Shown in pieces: positions 14,801-28,848 of a DNA stretch of 64,000 nt. The notes beneath the pieces were generated by a model. It was not told the DNA's origin and did not search any database. It saw only the letters and a program-made list of their open reading frames with translations. A program made the translations under genes and the position numbers. Each line of letters begins with the position of its first letter. The first letter of the stretch is position 1. Source of the stretch: Marsupella aquatica (Eukaryota; Plantae; Marchantiophyta); assembly GCA_973895155.1 (NCBI GenBank), contig OZ316891.1, positions 9,177,875 through 9,241,874 of the forward strand, read 5' to 3'.

Positions 14801-17048
14801 TGGCTTCTTCAAAGCTTTCGAGGCAAGTAAACCCCAGTCTCGACTATTTTTCGAATCACCCACAGGCATGCAGGGAGAAATTCTATCTACCAGAGAAGTA
14901 GGAGTGTACCTTCTCACTGACAACATATTGAACAAGAAGAGCATCATTTGAGACCTGGCTGACAACACCTCCTCTGCTGCTATAAGTGTCAAAAAATGCC
15001 ATGTCTTGCTTTAGCAAAATCTGGACATACTTGGATCTGATAACAGCGGCTTGACGCTCCCCAGTGAAAATCCAGCAGGAAATTTCTGCATAGTGGCAAG
15101 AAGTGATCAGTCGGCAAGCGTGTCCTGGTCAGAATAGATTGTACATCCAACTACTCCGTCAATTTCTCCTCCATCAAAAGCCAACTCTAGAAATATGGAA
15201 TTGATTCAAACGACACGAATGTTAAGTTCTAAAGATTCATTACGAGGAAAACCCAAAAACGAATTGGGAGAGTCTGCTCAAGAACTCACCTATCCAACCT
15301 GCCAGTAAAACACCTCCAGAGATGTACACAATGTAAAGCGCATACTGCCAACCAGAGTAAGAAAATGTCAACCCTTCGTTGACAGCCAGAATTTCAAGAG
15401 GATACGTGCTATCTTACGACCCAATGTATTATTACCTATACACATGAAAGCTAGGGTCTGTTTACACAAGATAGTCTAAGCTGTAACTCAATTAATAAGA
15501 TGATTCAAAGCCAATATTCACCGGCTACCTCAGACCCGCTTCTGCTTTTTCTTTCAGAATAAATTGTGCCGTCTATTTGACACTTAGGATAGCCACGTGA
15601 TGAAACAGATAAAAATATGGCTACCGGGAAAACTGCTTCCCTGGAGGGGTATGAAGAGAAGATCAGATGAGCCATTTCTTTGTGGTATTTCCTACGCACT
15701 ACTTTCGAGAATTTGCATGCCATTCCAGAAATTCATCGCCTGTCTCACTGGAAGACGTGATTACCAAGTCTCGATATCAATAGGGGCAATACATCACAAA
15801 GCAGTGGATAACAAATGTGGCTCATTTGAATTTCCAATTCAACTCCACTACATTTGTCTGCTTTTGCTTGGATGTGCTTCACCATGTAGTTCAGCTTGGA
15901 AAGTTCGAGTAACCCACAAAATGGTAGCCCTCCAAAAAGAGACTGCTTGTGGGCAACATTCCTAATACGTTTATCCTCCCACGTTGTTAGCGGTTGCAAA
16001 AATTGACTTGGAACATTTATTGCCTGTTCACTGATCATCCCCGGAGTCGCTTCCGGAGTGAGAAAACTGAGTATACGATGGACTTTAACAACCAACCTGT
16101 TTTTCCTTCCTCACGAGCCTTCTTCTCTAGAGGATAACTAAATTTCTATCTCTCATCCAGTACTTGGCAGTTCTAGTCGCAGTTTTGAGTTGGAAGCATC
16201 CCATTTGATGTCGCCCTTCTCTTTGCGAACTGTCCCATCGTCACTATCCAGTGGGTGAGCGTTCAGCTGAACGAATGCAGGACAACAGGCCCACTCATGC
16301 AACGACAATCCACAGCTGTACCGAGGTGGGCCGACAAATAGTGTTTATCGACGAGGCATCAATAAGTGTAGTGCAAAACAGTAAAAACTTCCGATATCGC
16401 ACATGGATAAAATTGCTCCTTCAGTGATTTTAGAGATTAATTTATTTTTGACAACCCACCCCCACAAGACAACAAGCACGGACATGGTGATCATGAACTT
16501 GCAATGTCACCAGCCCTACTCACACGCATTGAACAAGGACATATCCAAATGTGAGCGAAAGCGACCATAAGTGTAACCGTGAAGTAGAGCCCTTCGCTCC
16601 ACCAGAGCAGAGCACATTTGGGTACAAAATTCTACGACTAAACACTTGAGCATACCTTGGAGGCCTCTTTGGTGAGGTAGTCGACTGGCGTGGAAGATCC
16701 AGGTGCGTCTTGACGATAGGTGCCAAACAAGTTGACGATTTTGCCGAAATAGTGGATGTAGAGAGGCAATGCCACGCCATGGGCAGCAGCGGCAGTAAAG
16801 CCAAGCACCATGAGGACCCAATCCAACTTTGTGGCATAAGCAAAAAGACGTAAAAATGGAACAGCAGCTTGTGGTTGTTCCAATCCATCTAAATCTTCCC
16901 CAAGAGGCTCGTCGTCTAAGTGTATCTGTTCCAGTCCAAAGTCCAAATAAGGCGACGGTGATTCTGGTGGTTCGGAAACTTCAGACACGGGAGTTAGAGG
17001 CTGTACGTGTGGAGGTGACCACCCAAACAACCCCCTGGATATCATCAT
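8846..17048 (-). CDS. ABCB20: Full-size ABCB (PGP/MDR) transporter, ABCB6/ABCB20 clade; 11 exons, about 1471 aa
   Basis: Diagnostic N-terminus [34 protein letters not shown]. Two NBDs with Walker A GSNGSGKS and GTAGSGKT, Walker B ILLLDEA and ILLIDEA. GT-AG exons: 17048-16656, 15344-15290, 15085-14910, 14519-14319, 14190-13931, 13656-13334, 13111-12891, 12557-12217, 11884-10923, 10604-10363, 10087-8846. Phases join into one 4416-nt frame. Confidence 0.93.
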
Positions 17049-19373
17049 CTTCGCGGACTGTGTGAGCGCTCGAAATGCTATCCACAGCTACTTCCGTCCT
17101 CTCTACTGGTTTTTGCGAGAAAGGCATGGTATTCGAATCTGAGATAGTCGTATGTCGAGTCCCATCTCTCGGAATCGCCACACCCAGTAGACACTTTGCA
17201 ATTGGACATTCCGACTTGTACGGATTTCCTATCTTCCACAAATAAACACATGGGATCGGATATAAGTCTTCATATTGATCCCTGGGATCGATAAGCAAGA
17301 GTAGACTACCCGTTTAATGTCCAATCTGTCGGCCGGAAAAAGAGAGGAAACCTGGTCCTGACGCCTCTTTGAGGGCCCGCAATAGAGGTCTCCAGCACAG
17401 AGGAAGGAGGCTTTCTCTTCACACCTTGGACATTCTCCGCTGTTAAGCTTTCCTGTTCTCTCTAACCAACGCCTTTCACCTGTAACTAAAAGTGGTCTAA
17501 AATGGGTATCTCTAGAGGAACAAGTTTCGAAAGCTTCTTCTAGAATAAGCCAACTTTCGCTTGTTAAGTTACCAACATCAGCAAGTCCTCTAACGTTGGT
17601 GATTTTTTCCTGTAAAATACTCGCTTATCCGCTCTGCTGCGTCTCCTCCCTTCGCCCATAGCTGCTGACGACAACACGGAGAGTCCAGAGAACTAGGAAA
17701 CCTTGTGACAACAACAAACCACAGGCTTGCGAGCTTATCAGGTCACGCGCCTAGGTTCTGAAAGTGTTGGTCTCTCCAAAACGAGCTCGGTCGTCCCTCT
17801 CCTAGAAAGCTGAGAGTTGATCAGCTCCCAGGGATCAACATTTGTCATCGCTGGTAGTACAACTAAGCTGAAAAGGAGAGAATGATGCGTGTGCAGATCT
17901 CCTCCTACACTACAGACTGGCCTTGTACCCGTGGCCAAACACTACCGATCACTCATTTCCCGTTGCGCTGAATGATTCACATGAAACAACCATCCGTACT
18001 TTCCTCACTCCCTCCCTGCCTGTCTGTCTGCTTTTATTCGGTCCTATGAGCACCTGCTGCATTCTATCCTTCGGTTCAACAAGCTCGCATTCCTTCCCGA
18101 CTGTCATCCGCCCTCCAATTGAAAACGACCAAACGATAAAAGATCACCCTGACCATTTGTATCTCTCGTCTCATCCTCTCCAATGCATCCTCATCCGCCC
18201 TGTCAGCTGGTCGCAATAGCGAACGCGTTCACGTATCTCTTCTAACTCTCGCTCGTTACCTCCCTCCCCGTCCTCACTCTTCCATCATTTCCATTTCCCC
18301 TGCTTGCTCTGCTCCGCCCAACTATTCCGTCCTCCATGCCGTGCGCCGGGTGAGTGATTCGGAGCTTCCCCGCCTCGCTGCGTACGCCTCTGACCCCTGT
18401 TTCAAACTCGCGAACCTGGGTTATTAGTCCTCGCCTACTACTCTACTCTTCGTCGTTCCAACCTCAGACGGACCTCCGATGCAACTCCCGGCTCCAGCAG
18501 TGACGAGCGACCGAGCGAGCTAGCTCCAACAATGTGCTTGTTTGAGTGTAAATCCTGAAGAAGCCATCGACAAGAAACAAAGCGCATTGCAACCGTGCAC
18601 TGTACAATATACTAGTACATTATGGTGCACCCTTCACTCAAACCACTGAGCAATCTGTCGGTCAGTCAGCCAGCTAGCAACGAAGCCAGCCAGCAACAAG
18701 CAAGTAAGGCAGACGGACAGACAGACAGACTCAGAGGAGGGAAAAATTCCTTCCGTACTCAGGACTACTTCTCCTCCACCACCTCCGACCACACCTTATT
18801 ATTAACACTCCATCAGCAGCTGCTGAGACGAGAGACACTCTCTCCTCCTCCTCCTCCTCCTCGTTCATCCATCCACCAACATCATTGCTTTGGTGAAGCA
18901 AGCTTCATCATCGAGAGCTTCATCCTCCAAGCTTCAAAATTCTGGGGCGAAATTCGCAGAGGCAACACAATCGTTCACCGACAAAAAACTATTCCTCCAG
19001 CACCAGCTACCGAGGAGTCGATCCCCACACAATTCACCCGCGCCGACTCGAGCTACAGAGAGCGAGAACAGGATAGACAGAGACGAAAAGAAAATCTCGT
19101 GTTTCTTCCTTCTGCTTCTTCTCCTCCTCCATCATGATTGTCTCATGGCGGGGGAATGGAAAGCCTGGACCTCTACAGGACTACTCTCCCTGCACTACAC
19201 CTGCACTACACCTGCACTAGTGTAGTGTTCTCGTCAGGACTACTACCACTACTCCCGTACTGCACTACTGCCATCCCCGTTCACGTAATAAATAAGTATT
19301 TTAAAAAAAATAATTAAATTGTCTCGGGCAAAGTTTTGCTAGAATGTACTGTACCTATGGAGCACGTAACAAA

Positions 19374-19866
19374 AAGCCCGGATGGACCTAGATGTTGTCC
19401 CTGCCTATCCCCATGGATTGCGCAATGCAATTGTCACTTTTACACTGAAAAGAAAAAAGAGCCCGGATAGACCTAGACGTTGTCCCTGCCTGTCCCCATG
19501 GATTGCGTAAGGTAATCATCACTTTTACACCAAAAAGAAAGTAGAACCGGTTATGGATCCCAGTTGATGACTCTAACTACCTTGGAGAAAAAGTAATCAA
19601 GATGTCATGGTGATCGTGAGTAGATGTCATGGTGATCCTGGGTAACGACATGATGTTTTGATATCTTTTAGGTTCAAGGTCATAGAAATAAGTTTATAAT
19701 GCAATTGAAACTGGTTGCAAATGGTTAGGAGACCATTTACAGGTCACATTTCAATCAAAAATGTAAACAGTGTTCTCTGAATCAGTTTGAATTTTCTAAG
19801 CAAGTTCATCCCAACTTTGCCTGTTTATCTGGGTTTCATAGACAAAGTGTAGGTCCATCCTAGCTT
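19374..19866. mobile_element. MITE-like dispersed repeat, copy 1, with terminal inverted repeat AAGCCCGGATGGAC and a tandem duplication of its first ~85 bp
   Basis: Starts aagcccggatggacct and ends aggtccatcctagctt. Colinear with 55795-56370 (shared gtcatggtgatcctg, ggagaccatttacaggtcacattt, gtttcatagacaaagtg). Confidence 0.7.
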
Positions 19867-22800
19867 TGGTTTCATGGAGCACCAGTTAGCATAATAAATG
19901 GATAGTTATTTTTTAAATTGCTTTTAAGGAAAGTAATGCTAGCGTGTACCTATGGAGCAGGTTACTTTTGACCAGAAAAGTGTGGATTTCATACGACTAG
20001 TGTTCTTTTGGGTTCTATCCAAGAAATTTGTCAAACACCTAGGTGTATTTATGGGGGCTTCAGTTTTGGGTCCTTGTGGACAAAATTTCTGGTTTCTCTG
20101 GCCTATTCTAGAAATTTGTCAAACGCTCAGGCACTTGGGTATATGGTAGTGGGTCCGTGTGGAAAGGACTTTGTCATGTAACTGTTAGAAAGATTCTATG
20201 CATCCTGTGCAAACACTGACTTTTCAATATACATCTAGTTTTTATAATTAAAAAATAGAAAGAGAAGAATAATATTCTGAACTTGAGAGTTATGTACCGA
20301 AATGAAACATGGCAACTAATAAGATACTACTGTGGGGACTGTGCTTTGTTTGTTTGTTAGGTCAGGGACAAGTCAACAAGTTACTCGTCCTGCTGATGCT
20401 ATTCTTCGCCGAAGACCTCTCTATTTCTCTCCCAATCCCTCTCCGCTATCTACTCTGCTAACGTAACTGACTGCGCACCTACAGGACGGTATGACGTAGC
20501 TGGGGGAGTAGCTAGGTCCTATCCTAGCCGGAGGTACAGAACAGTCATGACGAGCTGCCGTGATACCCCGACGTTGCTTGCCCTTTTCGTCGCCTCACAA
20601 GTACCCACCCACCGCTTGAAGCAGGGCAATTTTTAAGGTTTTCTCGTTTCAGCCAGGGTGGCCAGTGTCACCTTTTGAACTTGAGAAGGAAGAAGATGCT
20701 AAGAATGTTTGTTTGGTATAATTTCCAAAATTACCTTTTGACTCTTTGATCTCCCTATATCTAAGAATGAACGTTTGATCTGTTTCGAAAACACTAAGCC
20801 CTCCCCAAGGTTTTCTTTGTAGTTTGGAAGACCATTACCAGGCCAGTGTTCTGGGAGGGTTTGTTAAACCGTCTCTGTGCCCAAAGGTGTCCGAGGGCAG
20901 GACAGTTACTTTTGGACCACATTTTTACTTTGTTAAGAACATGATTCATTAATTATGGAGACCTGGGTCCACTAGGTTTGAAAATGGTCAGTGGTTGTTT
21001 AATACCTGGACACCCTGTTCTATAGTTCACAAACCATTGAATGCACTCTTAACTATCTGAGGAAAACCAAACCCATGTTAAGAGTAAAGTTATCTAAACC
21101 CCTCCTATGAAGGCATTGTTGCAAGTTGAAGCACCTTGGGTAGGTCCTGCCCCGGGCTTTATTCAGGACAATGTCCTTGTTAGAGTGCTTTACCTAACAC
21201 ATCAAAACCCAAAGGAATTAGGGGACATGGCTTTGAGTCTTTGCTTATTTATGTGCTTGTGAGACACATTAGGCAGGCTTTACAAGAAAAACGGGAATGA
21301 CAATTCCTCTTTTCCCTGGTAGGTACAAATGGACTGAATCTTCCCACTGACTTTTCGCTTTTGGCTTTAGAACAGGAGGGGCAGCTATCTGCTTTGAGCA
21401 ACCACCAGTCTTACATGGCAAAGTGGACTGAAGACTGAACCACTTCACCATAAAAGATTCAACACGCAGATCCCCTCTGGGTGGCAATACAAGAAAAACA
21501 GGAACGATATTTTCTCCTATTCCCTCGTTAGGTTACATCTGGACTGTGCATTCCAGTGACTAGTTGCTTTTGATTTTGGAAGGAGAGTGGCAGCCGTATA
21601 CTTTAAGCAACCACCTGCCATCCTACTTGGCACTCTGTCTGCCAATACTGGTGATTGGTGGCAACAACAAAAAGGCAACAATTGTTTAGATAGACAAATA
21701 TTTTGCAATATATGAGCAGTGAGACAAGATAGCCTCATGTGGCGGCGGCCAACTTGGTTCCCACGCAACCATCTGAAGAGAAAAACGGCCTGAACTCTTA
21801 CTCTCTATCAAGGGCAATGTCCTCAATGATCTGCAGTTTTCCAAAGAAAACTATGAAGTTGTCCTTGCACATACCCAGGGTTTGCACTTGCAGGCAAAGC
21901 ACTCAGATTGAGGTGACTGTCTTTCTAAGAGCGCTTCCGCAATGCAACTGTATTAAGGCATCTCAAACTCCTGATTCTGGCTCCCAAACTCCTGGTTTTG
22001 GCTCCCCGTATGATCACACAGGTTTTCCCAAGAACTAGAAAAGTGGACTTGCAAATACATGGTTTACCACTTAAAACCAAGTGGGAAACTCATACTTTCC
22101 AGCTGGGGGGTCTTTTTTGGCAGCCCCTATACGGTTTGAGATGCCCTAAGAGGGCACCTCAAATGATAAATAAATAAAAATGCTTTTGGTCAGGCCGATA
22201 CTTGACTTAAATTGTGCTTGCCCAGGCCTTTTTGCACATGGCAGGCCAACTCGCTACACTTCCCTCCGCTCCCTCTCTCTGTCTCCCCCCCCCCCCTCCT
22301 CTTGGTTACAAATGCCCAAAAACCACATCCCAGCTGTAGTTCCGCCCACAATTTGTTGTGATCATTAGCCAGACTACAAAAGAGAAGTAGAAGTTGGAGA
22401 CTCCCTAGTGCCTACTTGTCTGCAACACAGCCGGTGGACTGGTGAAGGGTCACTTGTGTTTGACTATATTAGTTCTATTTTAGGCAGCATAATTATGCAA
22501 CGGCCTGTCTAGCCCTGTCGGTACGGGAATCTGGTGGCATGGTCAAGTGCTTGCTCGTGTGAATTGTGTGGCGTGGAGAAAGTAGGGGTTTCAAAGTCCT
22601 GGTTGCATAATAAAAGACAAATAAACGAATCTCAAATGGGGAAACCGCCTTTGAAATCATTTTTTAAGCACACAATAAACTTTTCACAAAACTTAGGAGT
22701 GGGCGGAGTGGTAAAAGTGAGCAAGGCAGGCAGCGGGGGTTCTTAATGAGCTTCAGACTGTCGGTTGTGCTGATTTCAAAGTAGGTTTCAAACCAGTCGA

Positions 22801-23303
22801 TACATTTCGAAAATTGTTCACTTCAACTTACTGCCAACATGGAGTAGTCAGATTTAGGGTCACCTTACACTACTTGGGTGCACTTGTGACTCTTTCGCCA
22901 GAGTAAATAAGAGGAGACATTTTATGTTCTAAGGATACCCTCAATCTTTTGAGATGAAGCTCAATAAATGCAAATTCTTGAAACGAATGAGTCAAAGTTC
23001 GGGACCTCATAAGTTTGGACCACCTTTGCAGGTGGTTATAAATTCTAGACAAAACAAGCACTTGGTATCAGCTTTTACTTGGGCTTTTACCATGAGATGA
23101 GGATAGGTCAACATCACACTTGAATGGGTCCCAGAATTTTTGTAAACCAAACTGCAGCCGTTTTTTCTCAATATAGTGTACACATTTAGTCTTAGACACA
23201 ATAAAAATAAGACAATGGACCCAACAAACACAAGACAAGCATGTGTTACTAACATATACTTGGGCCCACTCTTTAGCATGACTGCATGAGGATAGGTCGG
23301 CAT

Positions 23304-23551
23304 CGTTAAGGATCGTGGGGTGATTCTTATAGTAGCTGGCCTACCAGATCTTGCCACATAAGCAGATTTATATTTGGTAAATTTGCACCGTATTTTTGGG
23401 TATATTTGTATACAGGTATAAGATGACAAGGCAGCAGGTGCACGTACCCTAACTAATCTCAGCCATTGAAATTGACGGTCAGATATTAGGCACAGGGAAC
23501 TTTCGATCTGGTCCATTCGATTGAGTCAATCAATGGCCACAATCCTTAACG
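23304..23551. mobile_element. ~250-bp MITE with 10-bp TIR CGTTAAGGAT, copy 1
   Basis: Begins cgttaaggat, ends atccttaacg. A diverged copy in the opposite orientation lies at 24870-25131. Confidence 0.65.
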
Positions 23552-24670
23552 TATGTTTATGGCCGCCCCCTGCTCCTTAATGGGGTATTTGAGCTTCTGT
23601 ATGCCTCCCCGCATACGCGGGTCGATATACGTTCGCTCTAATATCCCATTAAGAAGCATGACGAGACCGTAAACATATACATAATAGAATGGGTCCCCAG
23701 AATTGTTGTAAAAAATTCCGCAGCCGTTTGTATTCATTATAGGGTCCAGATTCTCTATTAGAGACAAACTACAATTAATACGATGTTGTAAAGCTACCCT
23801 TAAAGGAGTACGGTCTGTCCTCCCCAATGACCAGAGTCCATTACAGATTTCAGAAGGCTTTCCACCTCTACTTTTAGAGCCCTGTCCTTTCTGGACAGTG
23901 TTGACTGACGACAATTTTACGTAACTTACTGTAGCTGCATTAAATTCCCAATTGGCTCCGTGGTTCCCGACGTGCAGTTGGCTCGCCCAGTCGCCCCACC
24001 GCAAAATAATGATGAGAACTCCGTCTCTCCCAGACTCCCAGTCTTCCTGCGATCCCGCGATTTCCCGACACAATCAATAATTTATCAATAACAATAATAA
24101 TCCCTCACGTATCCGGTATCCCTTTGGACGGAGAAACGAACCAGTCTCGTCGCCCGTGGTCGTCGCTCTTCTAGTAGTCCAGCCAGTAGTCCAGTCAGTC
24201 GATTGACTCATACTCTCTTTTAGTCTCGTACCCTTTTCGCCCGGCCGGGACGGACCGGGGCCACCGGTCCCTGAGCACTCTGGCCACGCCTGACATTTCG
24301 TCCGACTGGGATGGACGGGATTCGGACTCAGTCGTCGTTTATGGCCCTATGGCCTTTATGGGAGTTAGCATTTATGGGGACTCCGTTTCTGGCGAGGAAT
24401 GAGGAATTTCCGTTTTGGGGGGCGTTTTACGAAACTCGGTTCGTCTTTTCTTTTCCTCAACCTATATTCCACAGTGCCAAACAAAAGAAACCGGAGCCCA
24501 CCTGGGAGACACGATCGCAAGGGCATGAGACCCAATACGATGTCTCAAACCTGCTCAACCCTGTTTTTCAAGGGTGTCCCAAGACTGTGAGAAGTGGTTC
24601 TTGAATGTAAATGTTTATGGTCTCTCATCGTGCCCTTTAATGGGGTATTAGGGCGACTGTATGTGGACCC

Positions 24671-24846
24671 CTTAAATCACAACTGCCCTTCAAAAGCTAC
24701 GGGTTACCTATAGTTACCATTAAAATGAGATTTTTCCTGAAATTGTGGAGCAAATTAACATACTAGAGGAGAACAATGATTGAAATGTGGAAAAAGGGAG
24801 GAGGTCTTGGACACTTCTCCTTATATAGGGCAAGTTGTGATTTAAG
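24671..24846. mobile_element. Small foldback/MITE-like element
   Basis: Inverted ends cttaaatcacaactgccc and gggcaagttgtgatttaag. Confidence 0.5.
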
Positions 24847-24869
24847 TGACACAGAGCGGCCCTTAACAA

Positions 24870-25131
24870 CGTTAAGGATCATAGGACTTCTATCAATTTT
24901 TTGATCAAACAGATCAGATCAACAGCGTCCCACTACCAAGATTCGACGGCCAACCATACTGGGCTGAATGGCTGCGATTACAGTACATACGTGCGACCTC
25001 TTGACAAGATCCAGACCAGACCGTACAAATACACCCCAAAATAAGCTACAAAATTATGAAATATAAAAGTTGCTTACATGGCAAGATCTTGTAGGTCAGC
25101 TGCAATAAAAATCACCCCATGATCCTTAACG
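24870..25131. mobile_element. ~260-bp MITE with TIR CGTTAAGGAT, copy 2 (inverted relative to copy 1)
   Basis: Reverse complement of ~25020-25131 aligns with 23304-23415 (cgttaaggatc.tggggtgatt.ttat...agatcttgcca). Confidence 0.65.
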
Positions 25132-28054
25132 AGAATCGGAACTGTGGATATGGGAAACTAGTGCACATGCGTTATTTTCTTTGACTGGGGTGACGATAGC
25201 GAATGTTTGAGCCCTCTCCAATGCAACAACCTTCCTTTGTCTAAAGAATGTTGTGAAGACAAAATCGGGGATAAAGCCTCCATTTTACATGAAAGATTGC
25301 CCAGGCCCCTAGGAATGGTCAAAGACAGGGCATTTGAGGGTGAAGAAAATGGAATAGATATATATATTGATCATCTAAAAAGGTAAATTTTTTATATTTC
25401 AATTTGTTTCTCATTGATCATAATGAAATTAGTACGTATCGGCATTTTGTATGAGGCAATTTTCATTCGAGAAATTGTCACGTATGGTTTGGAGGGCAGC
25501 ATCGACTGACCCTACTATCTTCAATATGAGGGGCCCCGGATTGACCATGATTGAGCCGAAGACCTCTGAAACAAGCAGGAATAACTGATCTCCTTCTCTA
25601 GGTACCTCATATCATGAGCCTCCTTACTGAGTTGAGCAGCCCTGGTAGTAGCATGAAGACCAGATTGACTTGCGGCCAATCAAGAACACCATCCCCCATG
25701 GTATAACTATTGCTGCATAGTAAAATGGCACCTTAAGTCCCAAACAATGTGAGCCACCACATCATGTTCTCTCAGAGTAGTGACCACACCTAAGTATGTC
25801 CAGGGACTTCCACAAACGCAGGTGGGTAGCTCCCACAAAATGGCCCCCAACCAGTCAAATTTATCAACCGGACATGAGAGTAAAGACAAATTAAACTGGC
25901 ATTGGGGGCACGTTAAATCGTTAATACTTGGACCAAAAACGTAGAAAGACTGTATTGACGAATTGTGGTGACCTGGATCCACCACGTTCGGAAAAATGGA
26001 CAGTGACACAGTTCAGAGTTGGTGGTCAACAACTGTACAGTTAGGGAGATTGCTGCCGCCAAACTTGGGGACAAATGCCTGGCCCGGCCAGATTGTGAGG
26101 GGGTCCTCTGAGCATATCAAGGGCGGTCCTAGCTGTGAGTATTCGTGATTCCATCCCAGTCAACCAGTCAAAGGCTTTGGATTGATCCCACGCTCGAGAT
26201 TAAATGCCGTCAGCGCAGCGCACATGCGAACTTTGCGTTCCGGGATTTGTGCTAAACTTTACAGTCAGCTCAAATCCAAGAAAACAGTGGAGTAACTTAC
26301 TCCTGAGATCCTCAACTTTTTACTGTCCTCAAATGTTCTGTACTATACTCTGTTTGCCGCTCCCCATTTTAACTCTACCATTGTGGAAAGTGGTGCTCTC
26401 ATAATATCAATGCACTGTCGTGATTTTCCGCTTGTGATTTTCGATGGAGAAAAGACACTGTTCAGATTTGGATCGGGAAATCATGAAAATTGTGAAAGTT
26501 AGTTTTTACCTTTACTAGAGATAGGAAGAATATAAAAATTTGTAGGCATTTAAATGCATTAATGGCCACCTATGAGTGCACTATGTGCAAACAATAGTCT
26601 CTCTAAACTCCAACTAAGACCTCATTTTATGGCCACTGAGGGCAGTCTTCCATCAGCCCTCAAGCCCCTTAGCAAGCATTGCCCAGTGCTCTCCAAAATA
26701 ATATGGAGACAATTTCAGCAGCTAGTCACTTCAGGGCAACCTTCAACTTAAAGGGTAGAGTGCAAGGGCTCATGGGCCTCCCCCTTTCTTTTGCTTTGGC
26801 AACCCTCAAGGTTACCTATGTCATCGGGAAAATGAGTTATTGAGTGAATGGACTATGCTATTTGGACTACTTGAATTAGAACCAGATTTGGAGTTTAAGC
26901 TTAACTCTGGTTGAGGGAAAAAGGTTTGGGTGAAGTTTGGGGTTTGTGCTTAAGACAAAAGAATAATTAAGATGGTAGAAGTTTTGCCTAGTTGAATGAC
27001 TTTATGGTTAAATTTTTTGGGAGTGGCACATGGCGAGCTGTGTGCACTCGGGCTCATAAGGGGCAGTTTTAAAGTTTGAAGCGTGCGCTGCACAATGTGT
27101 GGGGAGTTGGATGAGTTGCTAACAAGGAGAAGGAGGAAGATCAATGCACAGAAAGCGATGAGGAAAGGAAATTTGGGGGGGGGGTAGAGGATGGGAAGAA
27201 CTTGATGACATCTGGGCAGTGAAGTTTCAGGTGAAAGGAAGAGAAATATTTTTTGTATGTGTATGAGGAGTGTGCGCTGTGTGGGGAACAGGGGATTCTT
27301 TAGCCTGAATGGAAGGAAAGACATCTGACGGAAGGCAATGGTGACTTGAAGAAATTCTCTTCACAGGAGTTGAATGAGGTAGTCGACTAGCAAAAGGAGA
27401 AGCAAGTGCAGAGGTTAGCAAGGAGATGCGGCTGAAGTGTTTTGAGATGGATGTGCCTTGGAAGTGTGGATGCAAAAAGAATGTATGTGATGAAAGAGTA
27501 CTATGAAGTGTTGCAAGTGAATTTTTGTGTAAAAACTGGGCTATGCTTGAGGACAATGTGAAAGTTTGATTTTTCTTGTCAAGGTCAATCTGAAGAAGAG
27601 TTGCCACAAAGATGTCCTCATTGTTTCACTGTGCTCCTTTGATTCCATCCTTTGTTGGAGTCAATGATCTGGAAGGTTGTAAACTGGCTCTGGGTGAGTT
27701 TCAAGAATTCAATGGATCATTGTGCATTGAATTTCTGACTTGACCATCTCTTGCTTTGCTCGTCAATTGCTTTGCTCGTCAATTGTTTTTCAATTTGCTT
27801 TCATTGCAATTGAGTGTTGGTCCTTAGTTTGGCAGATTTGATGTTCTCTCACAGCAACAATAGAGTCTCCAAATGCTGCTGCCCAGCTTGAGGATGCTTG
27901 CAATCCAGAATGCACGCAGTCAAACTCTGCACCCCTCATTCTTGCATCTGCAGTTCTTCAATTTGATCCAACACATGCACTTGTTTTCACCAGCAATTGC
28001 AGCCTGTAATTTCCCAAACTTGAGAAGCTTCTTGTTGCAACACCCACCTGCTCT

Positions 28055-28350
28055 AAGACACGTCCAACAATGATTGAACAACTCTCTGATCGTGCAGCTC
28101 ACTCCAGGTCGAGCTATGGTTTTGAGCTTTTGTATCTAGGCATTAGCATCCAGGCTGCACTTCTGAAGCCTGAGAAGCTTCTCATTGCAGTAACTTATTG
28201 AGAAAAGGTCAGACACTTCCAACAATGACTGAACAACTCTTTGATCTTGCAGCTCAATCCAGGTCAAGAGCCATGGTTTTGAGCTTTGTATCCAGGCATC
28301 AGCATTGAAGGCTGCATTTTTTAACCCTGAGAAGCTTCTCATTGCGGCAA
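28055..28350. repeat. Diverged tandem duplication, unit about 155 bp
   Basis: agacac.tccaacaatga.tgaacaactct.tgatc.tgcagctca.tccaggtc...cctgagaagcttctcattgc occurs twice. Confidence 0.7.
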
Positions 28351-28793
28351 CTTCTTGAGAAACAGTCAAGGGCTTGACAGCAATTTGATTCCGGAGCTCA
28401 CTCATGCTCCAATAAACTTGAGTGCAAGATGGGAGTTTTGCACTAATTCTCGTGGTAGTCCTCTTAATCCAAGGACAACACAAATTCCTTGTCTCTTGAA
28501 CAGGACTAGTTACATCATCCCATTCAGTCTGCATGCTTCCATGTCAAGTAATGCAGGTTGTTATCCAAGGTGTCCAATTGTAATGAAGAATGGTTTCTTC
28601 AAAACCAACAAAAATTACAACAATGCGCTAGTCTCTCGTCAGCAGTATCCAATTCACCATTGTTGGGGTTTCAGCTCAAACGTGGCTAGGTTAACTAGAG
28701 TAACATAACTGGAGTTGATATTAGATATCTAGCCTCTTCATGAAGTGATAAACCTCTTTGTACCCAATGGAGAGAGAACACTTAGTAGTAGTG

Positions 28794-28796
<3 letters not shown>

Positions 28797-28848
<52 letters not shown>
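28797..28848. repeat. Compound (TG)n(AG)n microsatellite
   Basis: Directly visible. Confidence 0.95.
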
